A DNA stretch of 64,000 bases from Centroscyllium fabricii (taxonomy: Eukaryota), in NCBI GenBank assembly GCA_051313645.2, contig JBNRSN020000006.1, forward strand, positions 175,894,001 to 175,958,000, written 5' to 3'. Within the stretch, counting starts at the first letter, position 1; each line of letters begins with the position of its first letter. Position numbers and translations under genes: made by a program. Of the stretch, positions 62,590 to 64,000 are shown piece after piece. Below the pieces are notes generated by a model. It was not told where the DNA came from, did not search any database, and saw only the letters and a program-made list of their open reading frames with translations.

Positions 62590-64000
62590 TGACGTATCGT
62601 CAAGGTCTTCAATTAAAAGAGTCGACGCGTCGTTACCGAAACTAAAGGCTTTTAATTACTAAAGAACGGAGCTACTCTCCTTACGAACTACTATACAGGA
62701 ATGGATGGAGCCTCGGTCAGACCACACCTATATCGGGGCCTCACCTGGGGGAGGAGTCGGGGGTGTGGCTGACCTGGTTCCCAGCAGTGTCATAGTAAAC
62801 AGGGCTGTGCCTAACAACTGCACAGCCCATCATTAGCAATGGTGATACAGTGGTAAAAAAGCTGTAAGACGGCTACCACATTCACCCCTTCTTAAAAACG
62901 TTGAGTCCGGGGGGGGTGAATGGATCGAACAGTTAATAATTAGTCTGTCCGGCGGTCGTGTCTGCCTGGCGGACCGCCGGAGCTCTGGTGTTGGTGGTGA
63001 TGCCTCCGTGGTCGAATAGCCCGCATCTGTCGGCGCTGTGACTTCAGGTTGCGGTGGGCTCAGCTGGTCCCAGGCGTCCGGGTCGCAGTCGGGGAAACTC
63101 GGGGTCCATATTGTGTCTGGTGGTTGAACGACCTGCTGACCCGCAGGGGGCGCTGTGGTGGTGTTTCCGGCAGGGGCCAGGTCCCTGATGGACACGGTGT
63201 CCTCACTCCCGTCTGGGAACTGCACAAAGGCGTAGTGCGGGTTGGCGTGTAGGAGCTGTACCTTGTCCACCAGGGGGTCCGTCTTGTGGCTCCGGACGTG
63301 CCTTTTAAGCAAAACCGGCCCCGGAGTCGTCAGCCATGGAGGGAGTGCTGTCCCCGAAGTCGACCTCCTGTTAAACGAGAAAATAAGATCGTGCGGGGTG
63401 GCGTTAGTAGCAGTACATAACAGTGATCTGATAGAGTGCAGCGCATCTGGGAGGACTGCCTGCCAATGGGACACTGGAAGGCCTCTGGACTTCAGAGCCA
63501 GGGTGACCGCCTTCCAGATGATCCCATTCTCCCTTTCTACCTGGCCGTTCCCCCGGGGGTTATAACTGGTCGTTCTGCTCGTGGCAACCCCTCTCTGGAG
63601 CAGAAACTGGCGCAGTTCATCGCTCATGAACGATGACCCCCGGTCGCTATGGATGTAGCTGGGGAGACCGAAAATGGCGAACAGCGTGGTGAAGTGTTTG
63701 ATCACCGTTGCGCTCGTCATGTCTGGACATGGGAAGGCGAAGGGGAAGCAGGAGAACTCATCTACTACCATGAGGAAGTATGAGTTGCGGTCGGTGGAAG
63801 GGAGGGGGCCTTTGAAGTCCACGCTGAGACGTTCAAAGGGGCGGGTGGCCTTGATGAGGTGCGTCGCGTCTGGCCGGAAAAAGTGGGGTTTGCACTCGGC
63901 GCAGACAGGGCACTCTCGGGTTATAGCCTTGATCTCCGTGATGGAGTAGGGGAGGCTACGGGATTTGACGAAATGGGCGAGTCTGGTGACACCCGGGTGG
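62590..64000 (-). mobile_element. Mag-like Gypsy element, 3' part (3' LTR 62590-62880, PPT, integrase); continues beyond the window
   Basis: PPT AAGAAGGGGTGAA followed by TGTGGTAG, as in the 57632 element. Integrase similar to 60540-61400. Confidence 0.92.
62833..64000 (-). CDS. Gypsy integrase (C-terminal part of pol, open frame within the window)
   Basis: HPGVTRL..CPVCAEC, DFKGP, VVDEFS, IHSDRG, GNGQVEREN. Confidence 0.85.
   Translation of the reverse strand, partial: HPGVTRLAHFVKSRSLPYSITEIKAITRECPVCAECKPHFFRPDATHLIKATRPFERLSVDFKGPLPSTDRNSYFLMVVDEFSCFPFAFPCPDMTSATVIKHFTTLFAIFGLPSYIHSDRGSSFMSDELRQFLLQRGVATSRTTSYNPRGNGQVERENGIIWKAVTLALKSRGLPVSHWQAVLPDALHSIRSLLCTATNATPHDLIFSFNRRSTSGTALPPWLTTPGPVLLKRHVRSHKTDPLVDKVQLLHANPHYAFVQFPDGSEDTVSIRDLAPAGNTTTAPPAGQQVVQPPDTIWTPSFPDCDPDAWDQLSPPQPEVTAPTDAGYSTTEASPPTPELRRSARQTRPPDRLIINCSIHSPPPDSTFLRRGECGSRLTAFLPLYHHC

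Overview
This window is almost entirely transposable-element sequence from a vertebrate genome, most likely a cartilaginous fish (inferred from the repeat families: CR1 LINEs with short repeat tails such as CATAGAA, tRNA/Deu-type SINEs and Penelope-type hammerhead repeats). I found no host protein-coding exon. Contents: (i) two copies of a Harbinger transposon with HARBI1-like transposase plus spliced Myb/SANT gene (1-2826, partial; 51344-57020, full length), a fossil Harbinger transposase and many MITEs; (ii) an apparently intact autonomous Harbinger with DDE transposase plus spliced MADF gene (37574-41634), nested inside the 5' LTR of a Gypsy element, with two related MITEs elsewhere; (iii) two CsRn1-type Gypsy elements with tRNA-Trp PBS, one with seemingly identical LTRs; (iv) a Mag-like Gypsy family (one full copy, one partial copy, one solo LTR); (v) nested SINE/CR1/MITE stacks; (vi) several Penelope-type minimal hammerhead ribozyme motifs, one forming a hairpin with 93-bp arms. 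The most interesting observation is the Mag-like element at 57632-61783. It has no tRNA primer-binding site. Instead, 13 nt just after its 5' LTR are perfectly complementary to the LTR's own poly(A)-signal segment, with the polarity and spacing of a primer. This suggests self-priming and/or poly(A)-site masking. All alignments were done by eye, so some boundaries are approximate.
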